A DNA stretch of 64,000 bases from the human T2T-CHM13v2.0 reference genome, Homo sapiens, in assembly GCF_009914755.1 (NCBI RefSeq), contig NC_060926.1; one strand, given 5' to 3'. Below are positions 13,752 to 25,599 of this stretch, in pieces. The translations under genes were made by a program, and so were the position numbers. How positions within the stretch are numbered: position 1 is the stretch's first letter; the number at the start of each line of letters is the position of its first letter. The notes below the pieces were generated by a model. The model saw only the letters and a program-made list of their open reading frames with translations, made no database searches and was not told the origin of the DNA.

Positions 13752-14675
13752 GCCATTTATTATTTTGAGTTATGTTTCTTCTGTGCCTGGTTTGTTGAGA
13801 ATTTTTATCATGACGTGATGTTAAATTCATCAAATACTTTTTCTGCATCTATTGAGATGACCATGTAATTTCCACCTTCCTTCTGGTGATGTGATGTATT
13901 ACATTTATTGATTTGTGTATTTTGAGCCATTCTTGCCTCCCTGGTATAAATCCCACTTAATCATGGTGTATTTTCTTTTCAAAGTGTTGTTGAGTTAGGT
14001 TTGCTAGTATTTTGTTAAGGATTTTTGTGCCTGTGTTCATCAGAGATGTTGACCTGTAGTTTTCTTTTCCTGTTGTGCCATTGTCTGGATTTGGTATCAG
14101 GGTAATGCTGACCTTGTATAATGAGTTAGAAAGGATTCCTTCTTCTTCAATTTTTTGGGAAAAGTTTAGAGAACACTGGTGTTAGTTCATCTTTATACGT
14201 TTGGTAGAATTTGGCAGTGAATTATTCTGATTCTGGGTTTTTCTTTGTTGCAAGACTTTATTACTGATTTAATCTCACTACTCATTTTTTGTCTATTCAG
14301 GTTTTCTTCCTGATTTAATTTTGGTAAGTTGTATGTTTATAGGAATTTATCCATTTCCTCTAGGTTGTCCAGTTCATTCACATATTTTGTTCATAATAAT
14401 CTCTGAAGATCTTTTGTATTTCTGTGGTATCAGTTGTAATGTCTCCTTTTTATTTCTGATTTTATTTGTTTCTTCTTTCTTTTCTTGGTTACTCTAGCTA
14501 ATGGTTTATTAATTTTATCTTTTTGAAGAACCAACTTTTCATGTATTTGATCGTTTGTAATTTTCTTAGTCTCTATTTTGTTTAGTACTCCTCTGATCTT
14601 CATTATTTGTTTCCTTCTGCTTATTTTAGGTTAGGTTTTTTCTTGTTTTTCTAGTCCTTTGAGGTCTATCATTAG

Positions 14676-15113
<438 letters not shown>

Positions 15114-16206
15114 TAAAATTTCCATCTTAATTTCTTCATTGACCCAGTGGTCATTCAGTAGCATGTTGTTTAATATCCATGTATTTGTATAGTTTCCAAA
15201 GTTTTTGATATTCAGTTTTAGTTTTATTCCGTACTGGTCTGAGTGGATTTCATGTTTTTTAAATCTGTTGAGACTTATTTTGTCACCTAACATAATGTGT
15301 ATCCTGGAGAATGTTACATGTGCTGATAAGAAGAGTGTGTATTCTGCAGTTGTTAGACAAAATGTTCTGTAAATGTCTGTTAGTTCTGTTTAATCTAAAG
15401 TCCAGTTTAAATCCAGTGTTTCTTTGTTGATTTTCTGTCTTGAGGTTGAAGTTCCCCACTATTATTGTACTGCAGTCTGTCTCTTTCTTTAGATCTAGTA
15501 ATATTTGCTTTATAAATCTGGGCGCTGCAATTTTGGATGCATATATATTTAGAACTTGATTATTTCTTGTAGGGCTGGTCTAGTAGGGATTAATTTCCTT
15601 AGCTTTGGTTTTTCTGGGAAAGACTTTATTTCTCCTTCATTTCCAAAGAATAATTTTGCTGGATATAGTATCCTTAACTGGCAGTTTTTGTTTTGTTTTT
15701 TTTTTCCTCTTTCAGCCTTTGAATCTATGTCCCATTCTCTCAATGGCCTGTAAGGTTTCTGTTGAGAAATCTGCTGTTAGTCTGATGGGGGTTAATTAAT
15801 AGATGATACTTTTGTCTTTCTGTTTTTAGAAGTCTGTTTTTGACTTTAGGCAGTTTGACCATAATGTGCATGGAGAAGTCCTTTTTTTGCCTTGTATCTG
15901 TTTGGACACATCTGTGCCTCCTGTATCTTATTGTCTAAATCTCTTGCTAGACTTGGGAAGTTTTCATCCATTATTTTGTTAAATAGGTTTTCTAACCCTT
16001 TCATTCCTTCTTCACTCTAGGACCCTGATAATTCATATATTTGGTTGCTTTATGGTGTCCCATATGTCACAAAGGCATTGCTCATTCTTTCAGATTCTTT
16101 TTTGTTTATTTTTGTCTGACTGGGTTATTTTAACAGACCTCTGTTCATGTTCTGAGATTCTTCTGCTAGATCTAGTCTATTGTTGAAGCTTTCAAATGTA
16201 TCTTGT

Positions 16207-16490
16207 GGCCAGGCACAGTGACTCACACCTTTAATCTCAACACTTTGGGAGGCTGAGATGAGAGCCTTCCTTGAGCCCAAAAGTGTGATATCAGCCTGGG
16301 CAACATAGTGAGACCCTGTCTCTACAAAAAATATTTTAAAAATTAGTTGGGCATTGTGGCACGTGCCTGTAGTGCCAGCAACTTGGGTGGCTGAGGTGGG
16401 AGGATCACCTGAGCCCAGGAGGTTGAGGCCGCAGTGAGCCATGATCACACCACTGCACTCCAGTTTAAGCGACAGAGCGCGACCCAGCCT
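16207..16490 (+). mobile_element. Alu (AluJ) inserted in L1 ORF1 region
   Basis: AluJ diagnostics ttgagccc, ggatcacctgagcccaggaggttgaggccgcagtgagccatg; decayed tail. Confidence 0.93.
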
Positions 16491-18344
16491 ACCCGCACAC
16501 TTCCCCAAAAATACAGATATGTTTTGTATTTCTTTCAATGAATTCTTCAGTTCCAGAGTTTGTTTGTATCTTTTTATGATATCAATCTCTTTGGTAAATT
16601 TCTCATTCATATTCTGAATTGTTATTCTGATTTCTTTATATTGTTTTTGGAATTCTCTTATATCTCATTGAGCTCCTTTAGATCAATATTTTGAATTCTT
16701 TTTCTGGGATTTTGTGAATTTCTTAAATTGGGTTCTGTTGCTGGATAATTATTGTATTCCTTTGAATGTATCAATTTGCCTTGCTTTTTTATGCTTCCTG
16801 TATCTTTATGTTCATATCTGCACATCTAGTGTGACAGTGTTTTTTTCCCAAATTTTAAAATTTACTTTCATATGGACGGATGTTTTTTTCTGAAGTTGTA
16901 TCTGTGGTGTTGAGTGTAGCACTTGGGCTTCAATTCTGGATACATACAGTAGTACAGTCTGGTGTTATGATTTTTTTTGGGGGGGTATGTAAATAGCCTC
17001 AGAAGGGTCTATGATTTCCTTGGTGGCTTAGGCTGTGATTGTTAGTAGAGGCTGTGGCGAAGTTATTCTGGGGACTGGGATGACAGGTAGGCCAGCTTTG
17101 GGCCCTAATGATCACAGCGGGCTGAACATGCTTGCCCTTGAGCCCCATGGCAGCATATTGCTGGTGATGATGCCAGTAGGTCCAAGCAGGCTGATTCTTG
17201 AGCCTCCAGGTGGCTTGCTTGGGTGCTGGGGATGATGGCAGCAGTGGGCTGGGTGGGCGGATGGTTTCCCAAGTCCTTGGGCAGTGGTCATGGCATGAGC
17301 AGTAGTGGTAGCAGTGTTGGGACAACCCTCTGAGACCCATGTGGTCCATGCTGGTGTTGGCAGTGTATGTGATGGGTTGTACAAGCTGGTCCCTGGACCT
17401 GCAGGTGGCATACTGGAGTGGGTGCCAGCTGTAATAGTTGTGGCAGGTTGAGTGGGCCTGGCCTCAGACCCCAGGAGGCATGCTTAGGTGCTACCACTAG
17501 TGGGCTGGGCTGAGTGATCCCCAGGCTTCTGGATGGTATGCTGTAGTATTGGATTGGGGAGGAGGGCCAGAAACAGAGCCAGGCTGGGGCCCCCTGGTGG
17601 TACCTAAAGACACTGGCTGTGATTTGCAGGGATGGGGTGAGTCCCAGGCCACTGGTAGGGTGCTCAGTTGGAGGTAGCAGCAGCTGTGCTGCAACCCTGC
17701 TACTGAGGAAGGCAGAGTTGCTTTCCCTGGGAGCAGCCATAGGCGGGTGGCTTCCCCTCTGCCTTGCTCCACAGCAGTCTGCAGTTGCGGTGGTTGTAGG
17801 CAGTGGAATTTGTCCTTGAGGCCTCTGAGCATGCGCAGCTGCGTGGGATTGCAGCCCTGGTTGCAGGGCAGGATGCAGTCTGGTGAGGTGGGGGCTATGT
17901 TCGCTAAATGGTGCCATGCTGCTTCTGCCCTAGACTTGGGGGCTTGTGAGACCCAGTGTGAACTCTCTCTCTGTAGAAGTGACTTTTCATGGTTTCCAGG
18001 ATGTTCCCTATGTTAATCTCAGAGTACACAATAGTCAAGGGGACCTCCCATGGCTAGGATTATAGGAGTCCACAGCAGGAATGTGGACTGCTGGGGGCTC
18101 TCACTTCCCCTTTTCCTGCAATGAGGAGTCTCTCCCAGCTCCTGGCCGATTCTGAGGCTTTTATTTTATTAGGATCCAAAACCAACAAGAACGATTTTTA
18201 CCTAATAAATGTAACACACTTATTTGTTATGCAGAAATTACTGAAGCAATATATGAAAATGTAGAATTATGTAGTTACCTATTGCACTAATAGTGGCAGT
18301 TAAACAGTGTTAGGTTGCTAAATAAGACCTACAGTATCAGCAAT

Positions 18345-18653
18345 GACAGTGCACACAAACATATATTTTATTGCAGGAAAATGATACAATATAGCAACAG
18401 CATTTAGTTAAGGATATGTGTCACATCCAAAGGCTGTTTCACAGCAGGAAGTTAGGAAAGGTAGGTGCATGCCCCAGTTGCCCTCTTTAGTAAAGATCAT
18501 ACAGGATGTACTTTCTCTCTCAGATCAGAAACCGCAGATGTGTGCACAAAACACTTCGGAACCAGGTATGCCCAAGTGGAGTCTTGGCCCAGATGACTCT
18601 GCTGGACATGTTGGCAGATTTTTGCCACATAGACAGCCCCACTAACAGGCCCT
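18345..18653 (-). ncRNA. Candidate terminal exon of a minus-strand transcript
   Basis: Acceptor ttgttctctatgagatccttag| at 18654; AATAAA at 18372-18367 followed by GT-rich tgtttgtgtg. Confidence 0.35.
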
Positions 18654-18799
18654 CTAAGGATCTCATAGAGAACAAATGCAAATCATCAATCTTACTGTTA
18701 TCAGTTAAGCAGTGCTGACAAGCTGGTACAAATCTTTCCAAACTCCTTGGACCCACGGTTATAAAGCAACACTATTAATCAGTACATTTCATGCCTTAC

Positions 18800-18989
18800 C
18801 TGGGTGTCTGCACTGTGCAGATATATTTTTTATTTTCATGAGACAGCTCAGGCAAATTCCAGGTCTGCTGGATTGCTGGATGTAGCTTTCACAAGCATAC
18901 CTTTCCTAAAACAAGTTTCAGAAAACTTAATTCTAGGTAATGATGGCAAATTGAACCATGTGCATTTACTTTCACTCTTCCATGAAATT
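18800..18989 (-). ncRNA. Candidate 190-nt internal exon of a minus-strand transcript
   Basis: Acceptor cttccttttactaccattttaacag| and donor CAG|GTAAGG. Confidence 0.35.
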
Positions 18990-19320
18990 CTGTTAAAATG
19001 GTAGTAAAAGGAAGCTTTTTCAAAGGCATAAACTCACAAGGACAAAAACAAAAGAGGAGACAACAGCAACCCAATTTTGGAAAACAAAATGTGGATGAAC
19101 AAGCGATAACTAACCTAGCAGTACTGAAATACTTAAACCCTAAAGTAATTATGCAGAAAGCCAAGAAGCTCCCTAGTTTACTTCATGGAGCCCAAAAGAC
19201 AACAACTGGTGCCGACAGGTGCCTTTGGAAGTTAGTGTAAAGCAGGGCTAACACCAGGAGAATTGGTCAAAATTCTCTTTAAGAATTAGTTAAATCCCCA
19301 GACCTCTTACTGCCTCTGCT
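18990..19320 (+). mobile_element. Ancient L1-family 5' fragment (HAL1/L1ME-like)
   Basis: aaaggcataaactcacaaggacaaaaacaaaagaggagacaacagcaacccaattttggaa...taactaacctagcag resembles old L1/HAL1 5' consensus. Confidence 0.55.
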
Positions 19321-19599
19321 GATACTATCGCAGTACTGCACAGAGGCAGGAGTTGACAGTCTGAGAACCAGTGTTAGATTGATCGTTGAATCATGATTCT
19401 AAGGTGGCTTCCTCATGCTCACATAGCTAGTTAGTGACTGAGGCTTCATAAGCACTGGGTTCTGCATTTCTTTCTACCCACATTGAAACTACCTGATGAC
19501 CTAGAATGGCAGTGTCAGGGAACTGTATAAGTAACAGGATAAAGCATCTCAAGATGCTGCTGGAACTGGACAATATCGTAAGAAATAATTGGCTTACAG

Positions 19600-19750
19600 A
19601 ATGCATTAGATGACACTTAGAGAATTAGAAAGCAATGCATTTAGGTTATTGCAATACTTCAGGGAGGAAGTGAACTAGATTAGCCCAAACTATGGTGAAG
19701 TTACTGAGAATGGAAGCACAAGGACAGATTTAAAAAGGCTTAGAGAAAAA
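19600..19750 (-). mobile_element. L2 fragment
   Basis: ttaggttattgcaatacttcagggagg...gagaatgga...ggacagatttaa matches the L2 reverse strand. Confidence 0.5.
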
Positions 19751-21169
19751 ACAACCTGTCTTCTCAGAGTATTGTTTGGTGGCACCGAGAAACCTTCTTA
19801 TTTAGGCTTAAGAAGCTTTTAAAATCTTTGCATTTTGAGAACTTTGCACTTTTTGTGTCATTATTTTTTTACTTTCCAGATAATACCTTATAAACTTTTA
19901 TTCAAGTTCTTTTTAAAAAATTACATCAATTAGAATTTCATTATGTCAGTTACTATAATTGAATACAATTTAGAACATGATCCTATATATATATTGGATA
20001 ATAAATACAACACACTGCAGTTCAACACATAATTTAGTTAATTATAATAATTAGTGTACTAGTGATCCTCAAAAATGACTTTACTCTGCACAAAAGAACT
20101 TAATGATAGCATGGACCATTTGGCAACTGACTGCCTTTAAGATTAGTATGGATGGAAAACTAACCATCTGGTATCTCCTCCTAATCTTCTAAGAGGAATA
20201 AGTTGGAAAGTAAAAGGACTCTATTCACTTTTAAATAGTCCCTGCAAGGTGGTTTAACCATGCTTTATAATTCATTATGTTAAAGACAGTTGATGAAGCA
20301 TGAAGCAGTCATATCTGAAGTTCGTTTTAAAGGAGGTCATGAACTGATTCATTCAAGTTTGTAATTCCCTGTGAAATCAGCTTTAAACTAAAGATGTTTT
20401 GGGCCATATAAATGTGGACTAACATTGAAGCATATTTTCTCCTGTTACTTCCTTATTGAAGGAAGAAGTTGAAATGAGCAATAAAAATAATAAAAAGTTT
20501 ACAATCCTTAAATGAAAGATGATTGTGTTTCTTCCTTAAGGAAAAGGAAGCTATTTTAGCATGCCATTTGTTATGAGGAATTTATAAATGTATAAGAACT
20601 AGGCAAGATATGGTGAATAAGGGGAACACAGAGATGTTTTAACAACAGAGAGTATTTTACTATAACCAAAAGTTTATTTATATAAACTAATTCTGGACTC
20701 CTCTCAAGAATTATGTTATAGACATGAGGTTGCTTTTCTTCTATTGTGGCAAAATAATTTTCTCAGGACTGTTCTCTCAAGTTCCAAGTGATTGTGTTTT
20801 GTAATTTTATTTCTTTAGTATTTGTCCAGAGTTGGTTTGTGTTCTTGCTTTATTCGATTTTCTATTGAAGCTGTACTACTATTACTTACTCTCTTGCTAA
20901 GGCATTCATGCTTTTTATTTCCTGTTTTATATTTTAACTTTAGGTGTAATTTGTAGCTTGACTTACATGAATGGTTCTCTAGGTCAAACTCCATTTTCTT
21001 TAAGTAGCACAAAATATCCCTCTTTCTGTCTTAGTTCTTGATCTGTTTTTTCCAAAACTTTCTCAAAAGAAAAAAAAACGGTGGGCGGGGAGGGGGGAGC
21101 GGAATAAAAAACAGTAGTAGTACAGCTGAATTTATTCTAAAAAGTAGATTGGCTTACCTTTCTAATGAT

Positions 21170-21273
21170 CTTTCAATTTTGTCTGACTATGAAGCTAGGT
21201 TACAGTTCATCCACAAGGACTCAAATATAGAAGTACGGAGTCCTTCTTAGGCCATATTTAGTTTGTTTTAACG
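21170..21273 (-). mobile_element. MER57 (ERV1) LTR, 5' ~100-bp fragment
   Basis: Reverse strand gttaaaacaaactaaatatggcctaagaaggactccgtacttctatatttgagtccttgtggatgaactgtaacctagc matches the MER57A start. Confidence 0.8.
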
Positions 21274-21829
21274 GAGGTGATTCCATAAAGTAAAAACAAG
21301 TTTATTAAGGAAGTAAAAGAATAAATAATGGCTACTCCATAGGCAGAGCAGCAGCATGGTCCACTCAGCTGCTTAAACTTATTGTTACTTCTTGATTATA
21401 TGCTAAACAAGGGGTGGATTATTCATGAGTTTCCGGGGAAGGGGGTGGGCAGTTCCCAGAACTGAGGTTTCCTCCCCTTTTTAGACCATATATGGTAACT
21501 TCCTGACATTGCCTTGGCATTTGTAAACTGTCATGGTGCTGGTAGGAGTGTCTCTTAGCATGCTAATGCATTATAATTAGTGTATAATGAGCAGTGAGAC
21601 AACCAGAGTTCACTTTCGTTGCCTTGAGTTTTAGTGGGTTTGGCTGGCTTCTTTACTGCAACCTGTTTTATCAGTAATGTCTTTATGACCTGTATCTTTT
21701 GCAGACCTCCAATCTCATCCTATGACTTAGAATGACTAACTTCCTAGGAAGGCAGCCAAGTAGGTCTCAGCCTCATTTTACCCAGCCCCTATTCAAGATG
21801 GAATTCCTCTGGTTCAGATGCCTCTGACA
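21274..21829 (-). mobile_element. MER41B (ERV1) LTR, 3'-truncated
   Basis: Reverse strand starts tgtcagaggcatctgaaccagaggaattccatcttgaataggggctgggtaaaatgaggctgagacc; has taattataatgcattagcatgc segment and tandem STAT-site region; terminal U5 missing. Confidence 0.9.
21431..21461. promoter_or_regulatory. STAT site pair in MER41B: TTCCCAGAA (GAS, 21453-21461) and TTC-N4-GAA (21431-21440)
   Basis: Sequence ttccggggaa gggggtgggc ag ttcccagaa; MER41B elements are known STAT1-bound interferon-gamma enhancers. Confidence 0.55.
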
Positions 21830-23229
21830 GTATCAGATACTGATTCATTTGATTGCTGGGGAGTAAAAATGGGAGAATAAGCAAGTTTTGATTAAAAAAA
21901 AACGATATTTTGCATGCATTATTGCTTTTTCTTGCTTTATCTCAATTATGGTTGTCAGATAGTGGACTACTGATTACTAATATCTTGGTGGTGGGGATTC
22001 CAGAGGGAACCTTAGTGGAGTTCAGTCTACTTCCACAAATTTACAGCTGTAATGACCCTTGGGTTGAAGTAGTTTTCTACATATCAACCTGAATCCTACT
22101 GTTTTATGTAATCTAAGATGATGTGGAATCCTTAGTAACCACATACATTATCCCCACCCTTTCATTGGGTGGACATTGGTGTGGGCATTGGTGTTCATGC
22201 TTGGCAAGTCTTTTATGGTTTACCCAGGAAGACAATTTACTGTCCAGAAGGCACTTACTGTAATGGCCATCAACAAAGATGGTAATTAGTTGTCATTCAA
22301 ATTCGTCTCTGAACGACCTTGCTGCTGCAGCACTCTGAGCAGAGTGTTAGGTCAAGGGCATTCTTACATAAAAGCAGGTTAGATTAGTCTGGCAAGACAG
22401 GCTGAGTATTACTCACTATTGATTACTGATTATTTTTTATAGTCCTTTTCTTCAGGTATAGAAATCAAGTTAGGTGTCTTCATTTCCTGACTCTTCTTTA
22501 TCTACTTTTAAAATATAGATACTTATTAGTAATTGTTTCCCATTTTGTTGTTTCTTAGCTATTTATCAGTCTACACAAAGTCTATAAACCGGAAGATGCA
22601 GTAGATGTAGTATTTTATTTATTTATAAATTTATTTATTTATGGTATATATTGATTTTTTCTTAAATCAGTAGTTGGCCTATAATAACTTTTACAGTTCT
22701 AAACATTTCCCTCAAGGGCCCATATCCTGAAATGTGTCATGAATTTAACCCAATAGGCCCAGCCAATTGTAATTTCAGTTTGTAGCCACAGTTGAGATCG
22801 AGTTTTACCTGGAAATCTCTACCTCAAACAGTTGGGTTATGGTGCAAACAACAGAACTTCTGCAGTTCCCATTCAGCTGTCCGAGGATTACATGCCCTCC
22901 TTACCTACCCTGCCCCTCTTCCATGGAGGGGGTCAGGGTGTGGACAAGCCAGGGCTGGTTAGAGCAAGATCAGAATGTTGGACAATACCAGTATTACTTG
23001 AGGGCTGGTTCAAAACTGCAGTGGGATGTAAAGTTGTTCTTCAATTTTAACTGAAAAATAAGCTTCACTCCAGCAGAGCCAAAGGATATATTTTTTTTTG
23101 TGGCTTCCTATAATGCAGGTACTTACTAGGGGATATAAGGTAATATGCTGTGAGGATTTCAGTATATAAAATTATTTCTGGAGAGAGAATATCCGTCTGT
23201 CTTCCTTTGCCACTCTCTCCAAATGCGTG

Positions 23230-23293
23230 CTCACACACACACACTCTCACACCATACACACACATGCACACGCACACACACCCACACACACCA
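23230..23293. repeat. Imperfect (CA)n microsatellite
   Basis: cacacacacacactctcacaccatacacacacatgcacacgcacacaca. Confidence 0.9.
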
Positions 23294-24239
23294 CAATAAA
23301 ACTTTTCCCCAAATACTTTGGCTTTCTGAGGAAATATCTGTCCAGCTGGGTTTCCTGTATAATTTATTTTCTAGCAACAACTTTAGCATTTGGGATGTAT
23401 AATTAAATCTTTCAGACTGCTGAAATAGATTTGTGTATTCATTTGCTAACTGTCATGCTAACAGTTAAAAAAAAAACACACAACAAAGAATGCACCTTTA
23501 GTTTCAAGTGTCTTTTCCTTGAGCAGTTTCTTTTTTCTAGAGACAGTGTTGTTAGTTGTGTAGTTGCTGCACAGGATATCTGCATTTAAATTCTGAGCTT
23601 TAGGTACTTACAGCCATGTAAAACTAATATCCCTTTGTATCCAGTGGCTTTTTAGCACTTACTGTGTAAAAGGCACTGAAAAGTAGATTGCTTAAAGAAG
23701 CAATCATTTGTATGCATTTGTTTCCCCCAGTTATTAATTATAAAGAATAATCAATATTATTACTCATATTGGAACCAATTCTCTGGATTCCGAGAAACCA
23801 GTTAGAGGAGCTTTCTGGAGTATATATTGCCTTCCCTTCACTGACACATGGGAACAGCTCTGAAAACCAAGTGGTGAATGGGTCTAGAAATTCCATTACA
23901 TTCTTCTGTGTGACTGAAAGAAACACTGAATATTATAGATTGAAAAGGTGATAAGATTGCATATTTCCAAGATAATTTTTAAGGAAGTGTCCTAATTTCT
24001 CGTTTTAGGAAAATTTAATAAGGTCAAAATGGTCACACACAACAGCCAATATCTGTTATTTTCTTAGATTATATGTAAAAGTGTACAGCAGTCATCAAAA
24101 GTGTTAAGCTGGAGTAAACAGACTTTTAGTCATCTTAGTTTTTGGTCTTGCATACAAAGCTTGGCAGATATTAGATACATGATCAAAGTTTGTGGTGCAA
24201 ATGTATTAACATACAAAATTAATCACGGTAGAATGTAGC

Positions 24240-25530
24240 CTTACCTATCTGGATCACTAACATAATACTAAAAGTATATACAAAGCAGTAAAATGTCAAG
24301 AATATTCCATAATTTTGAAGACAAACAGATACATGGTCAGAGAACAAATAGATGACTGGAATTAAATAGACATTCAGAAAAGAAACACATGAATACCCGA
24401 AAACTTAGTAGATGATATAAATGGCATTACAAATCAGTGATTGTGCTGAGACCCAGTGCTACTCATATGAAAAAAAGAAAATTCGATACCTTTTTAAGAT
24501 AATAACTATAGTTGGATTAAAACCCAAAATGTATAAAGCAAGCATTTATGACTCCTAGAAGAAAATTGAGAGAAGGGAATTCTTTCTTAAGGCAAATATA
24601 TATAAGCCATAATGGAAAAAAGTGATTAAAAATGAATACTTTGAAGTTTTAAATGTCTGCACGTTAAGAGGCCCAATAAACAAAGTATAAAAGAAAAACC
24701 ATGAAGAGGAAAGAGGTTTTGCAATACATTTAATCAAGAAGTCATTGATATTTAGCATATATAAAAATCCTCCAATAAATAAATATTTAAATTTAAAAAA
24801 TGAAATGAGATGTCAGTATAATTAGATTGGCGAAATTACAGAGGCTGATTAATCTTAGTATTTGTGAGGCTGTAGAGGAGCAGAACTCCCTTAAAATGTG
24901 GATGACATTTAAATTAGAATTATTATCTTGGAGAACAGTTTGCTCAAATTAAAGATATGCTATACTTTGCTCTAGCAATTCTCCTTTTATGTGTGTACTC
25001 CGAAGTAATTCTTAGACATGTGGAAGAAGAAACTCACATAAGGATGTTCATAGCAACATTGACTGAAATGGCAAAGAACGGAAAGCATGCAAATGCTCAG
25101 TGAAAGTATATAACAAAAATTGTATATATCAACACAATTTAAATTTCAAAATAAGAATGTTGAATTTTTAAAAAGCAAGTTGCGCAGGTAATACAAATGT
25201 ATGACACAACTTATATATAGTTTAAACATAATACAACAAGAGCAAATAGTAAATTATGAATTTGAATGCATATGTGTGGAGAGTGTGGGGGTGAGTGTGG
25301 ATGTGGGGGGATGTAGGGAAATAATGTAAAGCTGTGTATAAGAAAAGTAAATACTAAATCCAACATAATGAATAATTTGGAGTGAGAGACTTATGTACAA
25401 GGACCTTCAATTTTACTTGAAGTAGTTTATTTATTAAGTTGGGGAACTGGTTGATTTATAAACATTTACTTTTTAAGGTGGGTGGATGATACATTGGTGT
25501 TTGACACGTTAATCTCTATACTTTATGTAT
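24240..25530 (+). mobile_element. Old L1 (L1ME-like) ORF2-end/3' fragments
   Basis: agaacaaatagatgactggaa...ggcattacaaatcagtg, ctagcaattctccttttatgtgtgtactcc, aaggatgttcatagcaacattg. Confidence 0.75.
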
Positions 25531-25599
25531 TTTGCTAGTCTAACATAAGCAAATGAATGTTTCAGTTAGGTAACCGAAATTGAAAACAATATAAGCTTC

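Noticed and set aside
16999-18016. Overlapping long ORFs (up to 209 aa) in a GC-rich region resembling a promoter or gene
   Set aside because: Lies in the GC-rich, CpG-depleted 5' region of the L1, where stop codons are rare; not a CpG island
22800-24250. Additional minus-strand GTAAGG/GTAAAA donors (about 22807, 22905, 24244)
   Set aside because: No convincing paired acceptors; they show that isolated donor matches are common, which also tempers the exon models above
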